DNA of 64,000 nt from Patescibacteria group bacterium (lineage in GTDB: Bacteria > Patescibacteriota > Minisyncoccia > Phycocordibacterales > UBA9973). The DNA is taken from the NCBI GenBank assembly GCA_028868715.1, contig JAGWUB010000002.1, forward strand, positions 211,388-275,387. The letters run 5' to 3'. Positions 18,243 through 28,517 of this stretch are shown here, one piece after another. Made by a program: the position numbers and the translations under genes. How positions within the stretch are numbered: the first letter of the stretch is position 1; every line of letters starts with the position of its first letter. The notes under the pieces are model-generated. The model did not search any database. It was given only the letters and a program-made list of their open reading frames with translations, and was not told the origin of the DNA.

Positions 18243-18929
18243 CTATTGCAAGGTAATACTTTTTATAGTGATCGGATCAATTGGCCTATCATTGGCGCCA
18301 GTCTTCACGAGTCCAATTTTATCTACGACATCTTGCCCAGCAACTACGTGCGCAAAAATTGTGTATGCAGGAGGAAGTGGATAGTTTGCCGTCATAATGA
18401 AAAATTGACTGCCATTGGTATTTGGTCCTGAGTTTGCCATAGCGACTATGCCCTTTTTATAACCTGTTTTATATAGATCTGATTGTGGGTTTATTTCATC
18501 GGCAAAGCTGTAGCCTGGGCCTCCTGTGCCCCAGAGCGCCATTTTACTGTCATCCTTGGAAAGTGGGTCCCCTCCTTGAATCATAAAATTCTTGATAACT
18601 CTGTGGAATTTAACCCCATCGTAAAAATTGCTTCCAGCTAACTTCGTAAAATTAGCTACAGTTTTTGGAGCATCGGTATTATAAAATTCAATTTTAATAT
18701 CTCCCATACTTGTATGTAATGTCGCGTCCATAATTTTTTTTGTATCGTTTACGTTAGTAGTAATTTTTGTATCCTTAGTGACACTTGTGTCATCTGTAGG
18801 AGTTTGGGTTTGCGCAACAGTCGAGGTGTCAATCGAATTTGCACCTTTTTCATCACGTGATTTAAATGCTAATAAAGCTATACCACCGATAATAATAACA
18901 ATAACTGCAATAATAATATATTTTTTCAT
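18243..18929 (-). CDS. Membrane-anchored cyclophilin-type peptidyl-prolyl isomerase
   Basis: APKTVANF, FHRVIKNFMIQGGDP, AMANSGPNTNGSQFFI. Confidence 0.95.
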   Translation of the reverse strand: MKKYIIIAVIVIIIGGIALLAFKSRDEKGANSIDTSTVAQTQTPTDDTSVTKDTKITTNVNDTKKIMDATLHTSMGDIKIEFYNTDAPKTVANFTKLAGSNFYDGVKFHRVIKNFMIQGGDPLSKDDSKMALWGTGGPGYSFADEINPQSDLYKTGYKKGIVAMANSGPNTNGSQFFIMTANYPLPPAYTIFAHVVAGQDVVDKIGLVKTGANDRPIDPITIKSITLQ

Positions 18930-18938
18930 CTTTTTATA

Positions 18939-19490
18939 TTAATCTTTTTTGTAAAAATGAGCAACTGCCAAAAGGGTGAGAAGAGCGAAAAATGCTGTCA
19001 GCGCGAGCATGGGAATGGAAATATATCCGCCAAATTCAGAAACTAGGTGCTGATAGCATGATACTCCCGAAGCATCGCATGGAGTGTTTGTGGTTTCTCC
19101 AAAATAATAGAAAAAATTCTGATATGCCGAGACTAGAAAACCGATAGATAAGAGTGGGGCGACATATTTTACAATTTTTCTGTCTTGAGTCCAAAAGGCA
19201 ATGCCGAAAAGGAAAAATGATGGGAACATAAATACTCTCTGCCACCAACACAAGACACATGGAAGAAAATGAATGATTTCAGAATAAACCAATGGAAATA
19301 GCGAAGCGAAAAAGGAAATTAAAAAGCTGAGTACAAGGAAATGTTTACTGACATAATCCAGAAATTTATTCCTACTGTTTTTTTTATAAACAAAAAAAAG
19401 TAAAAATAGTGTAATGACTGAAAGAATCTGCAGAGCTATTGCTCCAGCTCCAAGAAAGACATTCAAATAGTGTATATTGTCGGGATTCAT
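18939..19490 (-). CDS. dsbB: Disulfide bond formation protein B
   Basis: PCVLCWWQRVFMFP, second Cys pair, ISIP. Confidence 0.88.
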   Translation of the reverse strand: MNPDNIHYLNVFLGAGAIALQILSVITLFLLFFVYKKNSRNKFLDYVSKHFLVLSFLISFFASLFPLVYSEIIHFLPCVLCWWQRVFMFPSFFLFGIAFWTQDRKIVKYVAPLLSIGFLVSAYQNFFYYFGETTNTPCDASGVSCYQHLVSEFGGYISIPMLALTAFFALLTLLAVAHFYKKD

Positions 19491-19497
19491 TTTTTTA

Positions 19498-19911
19498 TTA
19501 TTGAGGTAGTGTACAGGAAGTGGCAGAAGCTAACGTCTCGAGCTTGACTCCTGCGCCATCTGGAGAATCATCGGGAATTCGGGTGCCATCGGCCAGTATC
19601 CAAGTAGGGTAACTTTTTATTCCTTTATCTATACAAACTTGTAGTTGCCCTCCTCCATCAGCGGTAGAACATTCTACATATGGTAAGAGATGAGCTGAAG
19701 AACCGAAAGCTCTCTTTTGAGCTTGGCAATGTGGACACCAGAAAGCGCCATAAAAGGTTGCGCCTTTATCCTTCAAGCAAGTCGCAAAAGCATCATATTT
19801 TCCTGGGCCTGCGGGCACTTCTTTGCTCCTTAATAAAACTGTGCCGATTAATCCTAAAACCAAAATACCTATTACTAATAAGAAGATTTTTACGTTATTT
19901 TTATTATCCAT
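19498..19911 (-). CDS. Membrane-anchored thioredoxin-like dithiol oxidase (VKOR-partner type)
   Basis: FYGAFWCPHC..QK..FG, YVEC, GIKSYPTW. Confidence 0.85.
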   Translation of the reverse strand: MDNKNNVKIFLLVIGILVLGLIGTVLLRSKEVPAGPGKYDAFATCLKDKGATFYGAFWCPHCQAQKRAFGSSAHLLPYVECSTADGGGQLQVCIDKGIKSYPTWILADGTRIPDDSPDGAGVKLETLASATSCTLPQ

Positions 19912-19928
19912 GCTTTAATTCTATCAAT

Positions 19929-20300
19929 TTAAAAAATCTTTGGCAAGAAAATGATGAGGCCAATGATGGCTGCAGCAAAAGTGGCGAGCAGTACTGCCCC
20001 AGCGGCGACATCCTTGGTATCTCTGGCATAGGGATGATATTCTGGCGAAGTCAGGTTGATATCTATTTCAATGGCCGTGTTAATCGCCTCTGCAACAAGC
20101 ACCAAACTAATTGTCAGTATAATCAATACCCATTCGATGTTTGAAATATGTAAAAGAAAACCTAGATAGATAGCCAAAAGTCCAAAAAAGGAAAGCGCCC
20201 AAGTATTTGGACTCGATTTAAACAAAACCCCAACCCCTCGCCAAGCATGCGTTGAATTTTTTATACGTGGTAAAATCGAAAAATTTTTTTTATCTTTCAT
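19929..20300 (-). CDS. dgkA: Diacylglycerol/undecaprenol kinase
   Basis: AEAINTAIE, KDVAAGAVL. Confidence 0.88.
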   Translation of the reverse strand: MKDKKNFSILPRIKNSTHAWRGVGVLFKSSPNTWALSFFGLLAIYLGFLLHISNIEWVLIILTISLVLVAEAINTAIEIDINLTSPEYHPYARDTKDVAAGAVLLATFAAAIIGLIIFLPKIF

Positions 20301-20598
20301 TTTTAGGTCCAAAATGACCATATGTTATATTATTATCCATTTCTGTGTCTCGCCTTCTATCTAATTCCTCTTGCTCTGAAAGTTTTTCACGTTCAGCCAA
20401 TTCTTTTCGTTTCTTTTTTTCTTCTGGATCTAATATTTTATTAATATTTTCTATTACTGATTTTTTGTGCTTTTTCAGGATATCTTTCTCCTCTTCAGTT
20501 AATTCTTGACGTCTTACTTCCTTAGCCCAAATAGCTTTTAAAGTCTCTTCTTCAGATTTGGGTTTTGGGAAAAGATTAGATTGATTTGGGTCTTCCAT
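20290..20598 (-). CDS. Charged coiled-coil hypothetical protein
   Basis: Start at MEDPNQ with TATAAT 6 nt upstream. Confidence 0.6.
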   Translation of the reverse strand: MEDPNQSNLFPKPKSEEETLKAIWAKEVRRQELTEEEKDILKKHKKSVIENINKILDPEEKKKRKELAEREKLSEQEELDRRRDTEMDNNITYGHFGPKNER

Positions 20599-20648
20599 AT
20601 TCGTATTATATACCATCAAACAAAACAAAGACTATCCACCTGTGGATA

Positions 20649-21821
20649 TTACTGATACTGGATATAGCTAGGTTGAGGGTTTAGTTTTAACAAATCATTT
20701 GGAGTCATCATAGAAGTTCCAGGAGTCAGGATGTCATTTTTATAAAACAATTTAAACCCAGTAAACTGAACCGGCTGTGGGTAAATAAAATTCTTGTAAG
20801 TACCAATTTTTTTTGCCTTTCCACCCCAGCCATCCATATTCATCACTATTTGGACTTCGGGTAATGGTTTTATCTCTTTATAATTTGTTAACATGCCTTG
20901 AGTAAACCGATGCACGACTAAAATTTTTGGAGGTAAATTATTTTCTTTTACAATTTTTGCCAGATAGTTGGCAGCAAAGTTTACATCACTGGCGCTGAAC
21001 GTTCCTATAACTGTGCCCGGCTTGTTGCCAGTTTTCATTGAAAACTCTGGATCAATACCCAGATGTACATTTGGTAATTTTAAATATTTTTCAAAGACAG
21101 GAATTTCACTTTGGACGTTTGAAAGACCTACTTGAATATCTAGAAAAACAATTCCGTGTATTTTGTCTGCCATTTTTACTACCTTGTCTATCTCAGAACT
21201 CGGCATCCGCGCCCTATACTTACCATCCTTACCCGCACTTCCTTGAGCCACCACGGCGATATAGTGTAGTGCTGGAACAACTGGAGTGCTTGGATCAGCC
21301 ACTTCCCATTTTTTTACTTCGGTATTTAATTTTTGCAACATTACATCTTCACTATATTCTCCGAGAACTCCCATGTGCTTTGAGTATAGATTTCCGTAAT
21401 AGGCAACTATGCGATTAAAAGGCAAAAGAGCTCCGGCGTTAGGATATACGGTTTTTACTGGCCAGATATTTGGTAAAGCTATCTTGGCTGGCACCGTCAC
21501 CGTCGTAATCTTACCAGTCTTTTTGTCTTTGATGGTTTTAGTGGTTGGGCCCTTTGGTGGTGGGTTGTTTGCCAGTTCATTTAGCTTTTTATCATAAGTC
21601 GAAGTATTTAATGATGTAAGAACAGGGGTTAGGGGTTTGGTGGGAGTGGATACTTGGTCAGCATCAATTTCTCTCGGTGGGTAAGATATCGTATTACTAA
21701 AAAACTCTGGAAAAACAAAAAACAATACAGCTAGTAAAAATAGCGCCCCAGCAAAAAAAACCAAATGGCTTTTTTTGAATAGATTTTTTAGTCCAGACGT
21801 ATTCCTGTTTTGATCAGTCAT
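20649..21821 (-). CDS. Membrane-anchored hypothetical protein (putative TIM-barrel hydrolase)
   Basis: RIVAYYG, FLDIQVG, HLGIDPEF, VVHRF, DGWG, GFKLFY. Confidence 0.7.
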   Translation of the reverse strand: MTDQNRNTSGLKNLFKKSHLVFFAGALFLLAVLFFVFPEFFSNTISYPPREIDADQVSTPTKPLTPVLTSLNTSTYDKKLNELANNPPPKGPTTKTIKDKKTGKITTVTVPAKIALPNIWPVKTVYPNAGALLPFNRIVAYYGNLYSKHMGVLGEYSEDVMLQKLNTEVKKWEVADPSTPVVPALHYIAVVAQGSAGKDGKYRARMPSSEIDKVVKMADKIHGIVFLDIQVGLSNVQSEIPVFEKYLKLPNVHLGIDPEFSMKTGNKPGTVIGTFSASDVNFAANYLAKIVKENNLPPKILVVHRFTQGMLTNYKEIKPLPEVQIVMNMDGWGGKAKKIGTYKNFIYPQPVQFTGFKLFYKNDILTPGTSMMTPNDLLKLNPQPSYIQYQ

Positions 21822-21852
21822 GACTTACAGTATACAACAAAAGTGAGATATA

Positions 21853-23595
21853 TTATACTCTTTCTCCTATTTGCTGTCTCCACATAGCAGAATACAGTCC
21901 TTGTTTAGCCAAAAGCTCGGCATGCGCGCCAGATTCAGTTATGGCACCTTTTTCCAAGACATAGATAGTATCGGCATGCATAATCGTGGAGAGCCGGTGC
22001 GCAATCAAAATAGTAATGCGAGACTCTCCTTCTGAGACATCGCGAATTGTTTTGGTTATTTCTTCTTCGGTCAAAGAATCGAGCGACGAAGTCGCTTCGT
22101 CAAAGATTAAGATATTTGGTTTACGCAATAGGGCCCGAGCGATAGAAAGTCTTTGTTTTTCACCACCGGAAACTTTCACGCCTCCTTCACCGATAAGTGT
22201 ATCTATCCCTTTATCAGCTCTTTTCAAGAGAGATTGAGCGGCGCTTTTTTGCAACGCATCCAAACATTCTTTCTCCGTCGCGTTTGGATTCACGAAAAGT
22301 AAATTTTCTCTGATTGAGCCTGCAAAAAGCTGGGTGTCTTGAGTGACAAATCCAAATTGGCTACGCAATTTATTTAAATTTAATTCATTTTCTTTGATGC
22401 CGTTGTAGAGTACGCTCCCTTCTTTGGGTTCATATAGCCCAACCAAAAGCTTTACTAGGCTAGTTTTTCCTGCTCCTGACGGACCCACAAAGGCTATCGT
22501 CTGTCCGGATTTAACTTCAAAGGAGATATTGAGTAGAGCCGGCTTTTCGGCATTGCTATATGCAAAAGTAACATCATCAAACTTTAATGCCGATATTTTT
22601 TCAATAACTTTGGGGTTGATGGGCACAGGTTCGATGGGCGTATCCATTATTTGTTTAAATCTACCGAGCGCCACTTGGGCATCGCGATAATTGTTGATAA
22701 CGGTGCCCAGTTCTTGCAAGGGACCAAAGATAAAAAATGAATATATATAAAGAGAGAAAAATTGCCCAAAAGTAACTGTGCGAACAAAAACAAGATAGAG
22801 CAAAAAAGCTAATATGATGGTTCGCAGAAAATTTATCATGGTACCCTGCACAAAGCTAACACTTCGGATATAGCGAAGTTTTTTCAGTTCAAGTTTTAAA
22901 ATTTTATCGGTAGTATTATTTAGACGTAAAATTTCCTGATCAACTAACCCGAGACTTTTCACTAGTTCAATATTTCTCAAAGACTCAGTCGTAGATCCAG
23001 CTAGTGCTGTCATTTCGGTGAAAATTATTTTTTGAATCTTTTTTACCTTACTTGTCAGTAGATAACTGGCTATGCCAATAATCGGTATGGTGAGTGCGAA
23101 TACTATCGCCACGCCAAAGTATATATGAAAGGCATAAATAGTGACAAAAATGAAACCAATCAATGACACAAACAGCACATTGATAAATGAAGTAACGAAT
23201 AGCTCACTGGTAGTACGCACATTTTGCAATATACCTAGAGTTTCCCCGCTACGCTGATCTTCAAAAACTGCATATGGTAAGGCTAGTGAGTGTTCTATGC
23301 CATCGTTATAAATTTTTGTCCCCAAACGTTGAGTTACGGTATTTAAATAATAATCCTGAAAATTCTTGGCTACTCGAGACACAAAAGCCGCGCCGACAGC
23401 TATGGCCAGTAAAAAAGAAACTCCACCTAAAAATTGCTTCAAGGTAAATGAATTAAACTTGGTGGCATAGTCGTCTATCACGTGTCGAAAAATAAGTGGA
23501 TCAAGCAAAGAAAAGACTTGATTTACAGTCGCCAACACGAGAACTAGAACACAAAGTTTCCAATACTTTTTCAAATAGTGATAAAAAATTCTCAT
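21853..23595 (-). CDS. ABC exporter, fused permease and ATPase
   Basis: GPSGAGKT, SGGEKQR, FDEATSSLD, AHRLST. Confidence 0.93.
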   Translation of the reverse strand: MRIFYHYLKKYWKLCVLVLVLATVNQVFSLLDPLIFRHVIDDYATKFNSFTLKQFLGGVSFLLAIAVGAAFVSRVAKNFQDYYLNTVTQRLGTKIYNDGIEHSLALPYAVFEDQRSGETLGILQNVRTTSELFVTSFINVLFVSLIGFIFVTIYAFHIYFGVAIVFALTIPIIGIASYLLTSKVKKIQKIIFTEMTALAGSTTESLRNIELVKSLGLVDQEILRLNNTTDKILKLELKKLRYIRSVSFVQGTMINFLRTIILAFLLYLVFVRTVTFGQFFSLYIYSFFIFGPLQELGTVINNYRDAQVALGRFKQIMDTPIEPVPINPKVIEKISALKFDDVTFAYSNAEKPALLNISFEVKSGQTIAFVGPSGAGKTSLVKLLVGLYEPKEGSVLYNGIKENELNLNKLRSQFGFVTQDTQLFAGSIRENLLFVNPNATEKECLDALQKSAAQSLLKRADKGIDTLIGEGGVKVSGGEKQRLSIARALLRKPNILIFDEATSSLDSLTEEEITKTIRDVSEGESRITILIAHRLSTIMHADTIYVLEKGAITESGAHAELLAKQGLYSAMWRQQIGERV

Positions 23596-23608
23596 ATTTT
23601 ATATTAGT

Positions 23609-24226
23609 TTAGAAACCTAGATCTTCATTGACTAGGATCATTCTTACCTTTCTTCCGGTAAATTCACTTTCTCTGTTGAAGGTCACTATTTTGCTAGGAA
23701 AAGTTCCGACTCCATATAATTGCTGCATGTGCACTTCTTCAAGAGGAATTACGTGTTCCATCAGACGATTGTAAGCATCTGGTAAGCTTGGAGTGATTTT
23801 TTTAGTACTAACAACAAAAATAAGATTTTGTGAGCTAAATACTATATGTGGTAATTGACTGCCAGTGTTTGAAGCGATAATAAACTCCCCCGTCTCAGCG
23901 AGTCCGTGCACACTGCCCAAATAATATTCTGAAAGAAGGGCTTGCTTGCGAAGTTCAGCTTGTTTGGCACCATCTTTTTCGGCAACTATCGCTGCATGCA
24001 AATTATTCCAGCCGTGTTCACCAGCCTTTAGATAATCTACCAAGCCTATTTGTTCCAAGGTAACTGAAGCTCCATTCATGACCGAAGCTCCTTTGGGGAT
24101 TAATTCTTTTATTTTTGTGAGCGCCTCTGCTCCACTCTGCACGACAAACGCTTCCACGTTCTTAGCAGCAAGGGCTTCGATAGTTTTTTTAGTAACTTCT
24201 TCTGTTGATAGTTTATTATATTCCAT
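23609..24226 (-). CDS. LUD (lactate utilization) domain protein
   Basis: GASVTL.QIG, A.TGE....NTG, KI, VNEDLGF. Confidence 0.8.
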   Translation of the reverse strand: MEYNKLSTEEVTKKTIEALAAKNVEAFVVQSGAEALTKIKELIPKGASVMNGASVTLEQIGLVDYLKAGEHGWNNLHAAIVAEKDGAKQAELRKQALLSEYYLGSVHGLAETGEFIIASNTGSQLPHIVFSSQNLIFVVSTKKITPSLPDAYNRLMEHVIPLEEVHMQQLYGVGTFPSKIVTFNRESEFTGRKVRMILVNEDLGF

Positions 24227-24266
24227 AGATACATTGTAGCATAAAAAAAATTTTAATGCTAAAAAT

Positions 24267-24560
24267 TTATTTTTTCAGCAAAAGAAAAATCAAAAATACG
24301 ATCACAAAGCACGCAAAAAATCCAACTGTTTTACCAAAGAAGGCCACGGCCTCTTTTTGCTTGCCTCCCATATAAAGCTGTATTGGTTCGGATAAAAACA
24401 AAAATCCCATCACAGCCGCTGACAACACAAATAAGCTCAAGACTGCCATTGGAATAAGTAAGGTTTTGCCCGGTAAAATAGAGGTCACCACATTCATGAC
24501 TAAAACTATAATTACGATGTAGAGGGCTGCGGCGAGTGCATGGATAAATGGTTTTTTCAT
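24267..24560 (-). CDS. Three-TM hypothetical membrane protein
   Basis: LFVLSAAVMG.L...P; hydrophobic ORF. Confidence 0.75.
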   Translation of the reverse strand: MKKPFIHALAAALYIVIIVLVMNVVTSILPGKTLLIPMAVLSLFVLSAAVMGFLFLSEPIQLYMGGKQKEAVAFFGKTVGFFACFVIVFLIFLLLKK

Positions 24561-24566
24561 AAAATT

Positions 24567-25748
24567 TTATTTTTTATATAAATAAAAGAAATCTCGACTC
24601 GATCCATTGAAATACCTAGCTGGATGGTTGAGGCTTTGTAATTCTTTATTTAAAGGAATGGAATCGTAGGTACCTTTACTATTTTTATTAAAAACATAGA
24701 AATGCACTTGCGAAGGATTAATGTCGAGCTGTACGGCACTCAAAGCCCCAGCCATTCGAAGCGCGTCAGCGAGAGTCATTGGACTTAAATTGTTACCAGC
24801 CGCGTATAAAAGATTACCCATTTTATTTATCCCGATTCCAGAACGCCAAGTATAAGTTCCACGAACTAGCTCTTTTTTAGAGTGTAGTACGCGCCCAAGT
24901 ACTTTTTTATATTCTTCCGGGGTCATAGTTGTTCTGTCATTATTCTCGAGGATTAGTGGGCCATTTTGACGAGCAAAAACTACATTAGTGCCAAGGTTGT
25001 CACCCGTATAATTAAAAATTTTAATGGACCCATCAGAGTAGGTGGCAATGGTTCCTGCGTCAACCTGGAGAGGAGCGTAAGTTTTATCACCCACAACCAT
25101 TCCATATTTTCCATCAGCATAAAGAAAACCACCATTAAATGCACCAACCAAGGTATTGTTATCCGCAACACTCTGTGGGACAACTCCTGGTCCAGGGTTT
25201 CCAAGAGATCCTCCTGGCTCCTTAGTGCCAGCGATAGCATTTATCCCTAAAAGTTTAGTATTTATTTCTACGATGGAAACAATGGCGTATGATCTTTGTG
25301 GATCTGGACGAATAAAAGTAGTAGCCATGACTTCTTTATCTGGGAAAAGTGCCGAAGAAAGGTTGTGCCAAATTCCCTCACCTGAAAGTGGCTTAAAGGA
25401 TTCGTTTGGAATAATCGGTGTATGATCGAGTTCTGGTGAAGTAATTAAATTTTTACCTTGATCTAAAAATTGTGGTGACTCTGGTGCCTTAAATTTATAA
25501 ATAATGTTGTCAGCAATATCAGAAATAGAGAAAAAAATGTTTTCAATAAAAATAACTTGCTGATCTCCTATAAGTGGACGTATATAATTATCGGTGATAT
25601 CGGCGGCAGCTGGGGCATCAAATTTAACGAAAATACCCAAGCCGATAAGCAAGATGACTACTACCAATAGAACCCTTTTAAGCCATTTAATAAAGGTTCT
25701 AAAGCGAAAAGATCTTATTTTTTTTTGATCTAATTTTATATCCTGCAT
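24567..25748 (-). CDS. Membrane-anchored phosphodiester glycosidase (NAGPA-like) family protein
   Basis: AFNGGF, QNGP, WRSGIG, A.QLD. Confidence 0.75.
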   Translation of the reverse strand: MQDIKLDQKKIRSFRFRTFIKWLKRVLLVVVILLIGLGIFVKFDAPAAADITDNYIRPLIGDQQVIFIENIFFSISDIADNIIYKFKAPESPQFLDQGKNLITSPELDHTPIIPNESFKPLSGEGIWHNLSSALFPDKEVMATTFIRPDPQRSYAIVSIVEINTKLLGINAIAGTKEPGGSLGNPGPGVVPQSVADNNTLVGAFNGGFLYADGKYGMVVGDKTYAPLQVDAGTIATYSDGSIKIFNYTGDNLGTNVVFARQNGPLILENNDRTTMTPEEYKKVLGRVLHSKKELVRGTYTWRSGIGINKMGNLLYAAGNNLSPMTLADALRMAGALSAVQLDINPSQVHFYVFNKNSKGTYDSIPLNKELQSLNHPARYFNGSSRDFFYLYKK

Positions 25749-25754
25749 ATACTT

Positions 25755-26108
25755 TTACTTCTGAAAATAAAAAATAACCACGACACCTAAAATCAATAGA
25801 GCATACCCAATTAATTGTAGAGAGTCTAGCCGTTCATTTAATAGAAATACTGATACAATACTAACAATAATGAAACTCATAATCAACATGACTGGATTGG
25901 CTACAGACAGAGGCAAGGTTCGAAGAGCTAGTACAAAAAAAATAGCATTGATGGCAAAAAGACCACATCCGACTATAACCAAATAGTTCCGAGAGATTAT
26001 AGACAACAGTGACCCATGTAAAGCAACTCCGCGATTGGCGGCTAGTTTAAAAACGACACTTCCGGCCGAATTCAGTATGAAAGCAATTATCAGATATAAA
26101 ATTGACAT
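25755..26108 (-). CDS. SMR/EamA-type small transporter (ArnE/F-like flippase candidate)
   Basis: 4 TM segments, ALRTLPLSVANP, L.E......IG..L...GV. Confidence 0.8.
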   Translation of the reverse strand: MSILYLIIAFILNSAGSVVFKLAANRGVALHGSLLSIISRNYLVIVGCGLFAINAIFFVLALRTLPLSVANPVMLIMSFIIVSIVSVFLLNERLDSLQLIGYALLILGVVVIFYFQK

Positions 26109-26131
26109 ATATAACGATTATTATAGCATTT

Positions 26132-26581
26132 TTAACCAATAAAGTGTTTAGCGAAGTCGTCTAATATATATATTAACTTAACTTTAAGAGAGTCGCTTTG
26201 GCTCGTTAGTCGTTTTACTTTTATAAAATCAGCGCCTATTTTTTTTGCAAAAAGGCCGTCAATCAATATTTTATCTCCAATAACCAGTAGGTTTGTTTTA
26301 AGCTGATCGGGTAAATTTTTTATTACTTTTTTATTCGGTTTTTTAAAGGACGAAATCAAAAGTGGAATATGTGTTTTATTTGCTATATCATTATCCCGAT
26401 CTGGTAAATGTTTGTTGGAAAATAAAAAAATGGAATTAGCCGTGGCCATCTCTTCAATTTTTTTTGCTACCAGCGGATCTAGGTCTGACCCACCGTCCGC
26501 GGTTATGGTGCCGTCAATATCGAGAATAATGGTTTTACGGGACCAAGCGGAGACATCTAATTCTTTAAAATACTTTTCCAT
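26132..26581 (-). CDS. HAD-superfamily (YqeG-like IIIA) phosphatase
   Basis: LDIDGT, SN, KKP, IGDKILIDG. Confidence 0.85.
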   Translation of the reverse strand: MEKYFKELDVSAWSRKTIILDIDGTITADGGSDLDPLVAKKIEEMATANSIFLFSNKHLPDRDNDIANKTHIPLLISSFKKPNKKVIKNLPDQLKTNLLVIGDKILIDGLFAKKIGADFIKVKRLTSQSDSLKVKLIYILDDFAKHFIG

Positions 26582-26595
26582 TTATATAGTGACAA

Positions 26596-27639
26596 TTAAA
26601 AAAATAATTTAGCCAGCCCAAGTATGCCCTGCTTCCAAGGCACTCTATGGGTCACCCCTGATTTATTTGCGAAACTATCTAAATTTTCAAGATACCAATC
26701 GTAATTTCGCACTAGGGCTTGCTTGTTTGAATATTTAGGATTATAACCGAGAATTTTTTCAGCCTTTTCAATAGACACAAATGAATCTTTGGAAGCCGTT
26801 TCATATACCCATTTATAAAGTGGTGACAAATGTAAGGCTTCTAATATCCGCAGAGTCCAGATCACCGGCGCAGCTGGTAAGCCAATTATTTTTTTACCAA
26901 ATCCAGCCTTATCTAGCACTGCCTGATAATCTTCTTTCATGGTGGTAAATTCCTTGGCGCCAATATTGAAAGTATCATTTACAATTTTGTTATCCAAAGT
27001 AGCACAAAGATAAATGGCATCACATAGATCTTCCACATCTAGAAGCTGATATCTGTTCCTACCATTGCCGATCATGGGAAAATTTTTGCCGTCTTTGGCC
27101 CAATCGTAAAACAAGGCAAATACTCCAAGTCTTTCTTTGCCGATGAATGATTTGGGTCGAATAATCGGCACACACATTCCTTTGGTTCTATATTCTAAAC
27201 AAACATTTTCTGCCAGAATCTTGGCCTCGCCATATGGACCGACGCCAATCAAGGTATCCTCTTCTACTAGGGGGTGGTGGTCAGGGATGCCGTAAACTGC
27301 AGTAGAAGAAATGTGGATCACTCTCGCCACTTTGTGTGCATAGGCGCTTTCTAAAATGTTTCTAGTACCTTCTACGTCGGTAGAAAATATTTCTTCTTTG
27401 GAATAAAGTGGCAGAGCCGCAGCTGTATGCACCACGATATCTATGCCCTCCATGCACTTGTCTACTATTTGTTTATTTCTGATGTCGCCTACTACGACTG
27501 TGATCTTGTCCGTTTGGTCCTTTTCAGGATAATCAAATACATCCTTATCCAAGGAAACAACCGTGTGCCCTTTGTCTATGGCATAACGAATAAAATTAAT
27601 ACCCAAGAAACCCGATCCACCAGTTACAAGAAATTTCAT
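26596..27639 (-). CDS. NAD-dependent epimerase/dehydratase
   Basis: [25 protein letters not shown]. Confidence 0.9.
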   Translation of the reverse strand: MKFLVTGGSGFLGINFIRYAIDKGHTVVSLDKDVFDYPEKDQTDKITVVVGDIRNKQIVDKCMEGIDIVVHTAAALPLYSKEEIFSTDVEGTRNILESAYAHKVARVIHISSTAVYGIPDHHPLVEEDTLIGVGPYGEAKILAENVCLEYRTKGMCVPIIRPKSFIGKERLGVFALFYDWAKDGKNFPMIGNGRNRYQLLDVEDLCDAIYLCATLDNKIVNDTFNIGAKEFTTMKEDYQAVLDKAGFGKKIIGLPAAPVIWTLRILEALHLSPLYKWVYETASKDSFVSIEKAEKILGYNPKYSNKQALVRNYDWYLENLDSFANKSGVTHRVPWKQGILGLAKLFF

Positions 27640-27648
27640 ATAGCTTAA

Positions 27649-28491
27649 TTATATATGTAAATAAATAATAAAAAACATCGTCAGAATCCAAGCCAGACTA
27701 CTTAAAAAAATTACTTTATCGGCGATAATTACCTTCTCTGGATATTCGGCTTTGTGAGTAGTGAAAACTAAAAATAAGTAGCGGACAATGCCTAGGATTA
27801 CCAAAAAGATTGAGAAAACAGCTACGTTGGAATTTAAAACCAGTACACTATATAAACTATAAGCGATAATCACCAAAGTGGCAGAAATGATAAGCATGGC
27901 ATTGAGAAACTCCGGAGTATATTGCAAGAGAACAATTCTCTTGTCGTCTTGACTAAATTCAGCTAGCCTTTTGGCGACAATCAAAAACAAGGAAATGAAG
28001 ATTATACAAAGCAAAAGCCAGTTGGAGATGGGCACCATAGCGGCAATTCCACCGACCATAATTCGGATAAAATAAAACGTGGAAACGAGCAAAATATCCA
28101 AGATAGCAATATGCTTAAAATATTTTGAGTACAGAACGTTTAACAGAAAATATAATACCATCAACCAAAATATTTGCGGGATAAAAAAATAAATTACAGC
28201 AACAACAACGATCAGTAAGCTACAGAGTAAAATAATTGCGGACTTGATGGAAACTGCGCCAGAGGCGATCGGCCGATTTTTTTTAGTGCTGTGTTTTTGA
28301 TCTTGCTCCTTATCAAAAATATCGTTCAATATATAGACCGAACTGGCGGTGAGACAAAAAACGATAAAAGCCAAGGTCACAAGCGTAAGCTTACTATAAA
28401 CAAAAAAATCTTTCGCAAAAAAGAGCGGTACAAATATAAAAAAATTCTTAATCCAGCTATAAGGTCGCATTAATCTCAACATTGGTGGCAT
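27649..28491 (-). CDS. UbiA-family polyprenyl-phosphate phosphoribosyltransferase (DPPR-synthase-like)
   Basis: MRPYSWIKN, YILNDIFD..QD..H..KKNRPIASG, KR.AE. Confidence 0.88.
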   Translation of the reverse strand: MPPMLRLMRPYSWIKNFFIFVPLFFAKDFFVYSKLTLVTLAFIVFCLTASSVYILNDIFDKEQDQKHSTKKNRPIASGAVSIKSAIILLCSLLIVVVAVIYFFIPQIFWLMVLYFLLNVLYSKYFKHIAILDILLVSTFYFIRIMVGGIAAMVPISNWLLLCIIFISLFLIVAKRLAEFSQDDKRIVLLQYTPEFLNAMLIISATLVIIAYSLYSVLVLNSNVAVFSIFLVILGIVRYLFLVFTTHKAEYPEKVIIADKVIFLSSLAWILTMFFIIYLHI

Positions 28492-28517
28492 GGACCCATT
28501 ATAGCAAACTTATTTAC

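Noticed and set aside
20633-20648. DnaA-box-like TATCCAC/GTGGATA pair, with single copies near 15085, 32590 and 51832
   Set aside because: Isolated and mismatched; no cluster or dnaA nearby, so no origin call
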